Source: Alphaproteobacteria bacterium (GTDB lineage: Bacteria; Pseudomonadota; Alphaproteobacteria; UBA2966). From it: 64,000 nt of DNA. Made by a program: the position numbers and the translations under genes. Below, piece after piece: positions 61,424-64,000 of this stretch. Position 1 is the first letter of the stretch. Each line of letters opens with the position of its first letter. The notes under the pieces were generated by a model. The model ran no database searches. It saw only the letters and a list, made by a program, of their open reading frames with translations, and was not told the DNA's origin. The stretch spans positions 6,751 to 70,750 of the forward strand of contig JABILA010000051.1 in NCBI GenBank assembly GCA_018654745.1, given 5' to 3'.

Positions 61424-61762
61424 ATGACCTACGTCGTTGTTGAAGGCTGCATCAAGTGCAAATACATGGATTGCATCGAAGTTTGTCCCGTAGATTGTTT
61501 CTACGAAGGCGAGAACATGGTGGTTATCCACCCCGACGAATGCATTGATTGCGGCGTCTGCGAGCCTGAATGCCCGCCGGAAGCGATTATTCCCGACACC
61601 GATGGTGACGTCGACAAATGGGTCGAACTGAACCGTGAATACGCTGAAAAGTGGCCAAATATTACACGCAAGGGCGACTCTCCAGCGGATGCCGAGGCCC
61701 ACAAGGGCATGGCAGACAAATTCGACAAGTTCTTCAGCGCCAACCCGGGCAAAGGTGATTAG
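61424..61762 (+). CDS. fdxA: 7Fe ferredoxin
   Basis: [33 protein letters not shown]. Confidence 0.96.
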   Translation: MTYVVVEGCIKCKYMDCIEVCPVDCFYEGENMVVIHPDECIDCGVCEPECPPEAIIPDTDGDVDKWVELNREYAEKWPNITRKGDSPADAEAHKGMADKFDKFFSANPGKGD

Positions 61763-61814
61763 AACCAGATATCAAGGTTCAATCCGGAAATTGGCTTGAA
61801 ACGAATATGATGAC

Positions 61815-61856
61815 ATGCCTTTGCCTTCCCTGAGAAGGCAAAGGCATTGTTGTTTC
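61815..61856 (+). terminator. Terminator after fdxA
   Basis: Perfect 14-bp stem ATGCCTTTGCCTTC / GAAGGCAAAGGCAT then TGTTGTTT. Confidence 0.7.
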
Positions 61857-62121
61857 CGGACTCTGTCTCTACACCACGAAAAATGCTGGAAAAACAGTCA
61901 TTTTTGTGATATATAGTGCTCCGCGTCCCGGATTTCCGGCAAGTTTGACGTATTTTTTTGTGCACTGCACAAACATTGACGTGTGAATTCTTATTTTCGA
62001 AACATTCAGATCGGATCCCTCAAATATTTCAGTAACGTCATTTCAGACAGAAATATTGTGATCGCAGCCCAGGCATTTCCTGGCTTTCTCAATCGTATCA
62101 ACAAACAAGAGACAAACCGGC

Positions 62122-63255
62122 ATGGCGACGAAACCGAAGACGAAGGCGAAGGCAAAACCGGCAAGCAAATCAGCTGCCAAAGCCAAACCAGCGAAGAAAA
62201 CCACAGCCAAACCAAAAGTGGCGGCCAAAGCGAAGCCGGCACCAAAGGTTAAGCCAAAACCAAAAGCCAAGGCAGCTCCGAAAGCCAAGGCAGTTCCGAA
62301 GACTAAAGCGACCGCAAAGCCGAAATCTGTCGCCAAACCAAAGGCCAAAGCAATAACCAAAGTAAAACCTGCTGCTAAGTTAAAAGCAGCACCAAAGGCG
62401 GCAGCGAAAGCGAAAGCCAAGACACCTTCCAAAAAAGCCGCCCCAAAGGCCAGTGTTGAACCAAAGGCAAAAGCTGCGCCAAAAGCCAAAGCTGCACCAA
62501 AGGTAAAAGCAGCGCCAAAGCCGAAGGCTAAAGCCAAGGCAGCACCGAAGACCCGTGCCAAGGTCGCAACAAAAAAGTCGGCTGCAAAAACCGCCGTCAG
62601 AACACCGACGATGCCGAGCAGGAAGGGAATGATCAAACCCAGTTCAGCAATCCCGAAACCTGCTAACCCGCGTCCGATCAAAAAGCCGGTCCCGATAAAG
62701 CCAGCCATTAACCCTGCGTTAGCGGCAGAAGCGAAGAAGGCCAAGGCTGCCCCGTCCAAACCTGTGAAACTTGAATTTGCACTGGATGATTTTGTGGTTT
62801 ATCCGACGCACGGTGTTGGCAAGATTACCGGTATCGAAGACCAGGAAATCTCTGGCATGACGATGAAATTATTCATTGTTGATTTCGCCCAGGACAAGAT
62901 GACCCTGCGGGTTCCGATCGGCAAGGCAAAGACCTCAGGTATGCGCCGCCTTTCAACGACAAAGGAAATGGACGTCGCGTTGATCACCCTGAAAGGTCGC
63001 GCCCGCGTCAAACGCACCATGTGGAGCCGCCGGGCCCAGGAATATGAAGCCAAGATCAATTCAGGCAACCCGGTTTCCATTGCCGAAGTCCTGCGTGATC
63101 TGCACCGCAACTCAAACCAGCCAGACCAGTCCTACAGCGAGCGTCAAATTTATGAAGCCGCACTGGAACGTCTGGCCCGCGAGCTGGCGGCTGTCGAAAA
63201 AATCGATGAAGACAGTGCAACAGAAAAGCTGGAAGAAGTTCTGACAGCGGCCTGA
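62122..63255 (+). CDS. carD: CarD/CdnL family transcription factor with long Lys/Ala/Pro-rich N-terminal extension
   Basis: VVYPTHGVG, MWSRRAQEYEAKINSG, SYSERQIYEAAL; about 216 aa of AKP repeats upstream in frame. Confidence 0.93.
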   Translation: MATKPKTKAKAKPASKSAAKAKPAKKTTAKPKVAAKAKPAPKVKPKPKAKAAPKAKAVPKTKATAKPKSVAKPKAKAITKVKPAAKLKAAPKAAAKAKAKTPSKKAAPKASVEPKAKAAPKAKAAPKVKAAPKPKAKAKAAPKTRAKVATKKSAAKTAVRTPTMPSRKGMIKPSSAIPKPANPRPIKKPVPIKPAINPALAAEAKKAKAAPSKPVKLEFALDDFVVYPTHGVGKITGIEDQEISGMTMKLFIVDFAQDKMTLRVPIGKAKTSGMRRLSTTKEMDVALITLKGRARVKRTMWSRRAQEYEAKINSGNPVSIAEVLRDLHRNSNQPDQSYSERQIYEAALERLARELAAVEKIDEDSATEKLEEVLTAA

Positions 63256-63283
63256 TCCGACCCCACAAGGCCTGGATAATATC

Positions 63284-63320
63284 AGAGGCGCGTCCACATT
63301 GAGTGGCGCGCCTCTCGTTA
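63284..63320 (+). terminator. Hairpin after carD
   Basis: AGAGGCGCG..CCAC / GTGG-CGCGCCTCT stem. Confidence 0.6.
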
Positions 63321-63425
63321 TTGCGCCAACCTGTTCGCGTGCAACAGGTCAGTCGACGCTTTCGTACACTTCATGTACATTAGGGCGATTCCAGCACTAT
63401 TTAACTTTAAAACCAAAGTGAAATT

Positions 63426-64000
63426 ATGACGGGCAGTGATCCGCAAATATACGCAACCTTGACCAATGCTGATCGTGTCTGGGCAATCGGCGCGATCCAC
63501 GGTGAATACGAAAAGCTGCGAAATTTGCATGCCGAACTGCGTACGCGTCTTCAACCCGGTGACCGCCTGATCTATCTGGGTAACTGCATTGGTTACGGCC
63601 CTGACCCCGTTGGCACTATCAACGAAATCATTGCCTTCCGGCGCGAATTTCTGGCAAGACCAGGGACCTTTCGCGATGACCACGTATTACTGCGTGGCGC
63701 TCAGGAAGAAATGTTGCGCAAGCTGGGGCAATTGCAACTTGCCCCGGGACCAGGCGAAGCGCTGCAATGGATGCTGGACCACGGCGCTGCTGCCACACTG
63801 GAATCCTATGGCATTAACAGTGTGGACGGTCTGGGTTGTTGTCGCGAAGGGGTGGTGTCATTGACACGCTGGAGTGGGAATATCACACGCACCCTGCGGA
63901 ACTTGCCCGGGCATGACGAATATTTCGTGGCTTTACGCCGGGCTGCCTATACCGGTGGTGGAGAACTTCTATTCAGTGCCGCCGGTGTTAATCCTGATCG
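63426..64000 (+). CDS. Calcineurin-like metallophosphoesterase homologue with degenerate active site (truncated by window edge)
   Basis: Not in the ORF track (no stop in window); my translation: MTGSDPQIYATLTNADRVWAIGAIHGE...LIYLGNCIGYGPD...LLRGAQEEM. Confidence 0.8.
   Translation, partial: MTGSDPQIYATLTNADRVWAIGAIHGEYEKLRNLHAELRTRLQPGDRLIYLGNCIGYGPDPVGTINEIIAFRREFLARPGTFRDDHVLLRGAQEEMLRKLGQLQLAPGPGEALQWMLDHGAAATLESYGINSVDGLGCCREGVVSLTRWSGNITRTLRNLPGHDEYFVALRRAAYTGGGELLFSAAGVNPD

Noticed and set aside
62043..62759. 238-aa hydrophobic Ala/Phe/Gly ORF on the minus strand
   Set aside because: Mirror of the Lys/Ala/Pro codons in the CarD extension; no independent support.

Overview
Chromosomal, mostly housekeeping window from a moderately GC-rich alphaproteobacterium; gene order (xerD/accA, aroKB, bolA-J protein-cobST, ialB-rlmN, ybbAP-tesA, helicase-S4-fdxA-carD) looks Rhodospirillales-like. 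I can support about 69 CDS, including acyl-CoA metabolism (mcl, methylmalonyl-CoA mutase, meaB, acetoacetyl-CoA synthetase), DNA/RNA/protein repair, transporters and an accessory block at 44.7-50.0 kb (pentapeptide protein, DoxX/LysR, secreted caspase-like protease, ArsR/ArsP). I saw no rRNA, tRNA, CRISPR array, prophage or transposase. Best leads: (1) a DUF2946 upstream ORF with CxxC and RGPP followed by a long hairpin covering the start region of a PCu(A)C copper chaperone; (2) a class III nucleotidyl cyclase-like/START fusion whose first catalytic motif is reachable only from a non-canonical ATC start, with a second apparent non-canonical (ATA) start on an AlkD-like gene; (3) Lys/Ala/Pro histone H1-like extensions on CarD and on malyl-CoA lyase; (4) a metallophosphoesterase with all metal-ligand motifs degenerate; (5) a structured rpmB leader, a 48-bp palindromic ArsR operator and two short repeat families. 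All product calls come from motif recognition by eye, not database searches.
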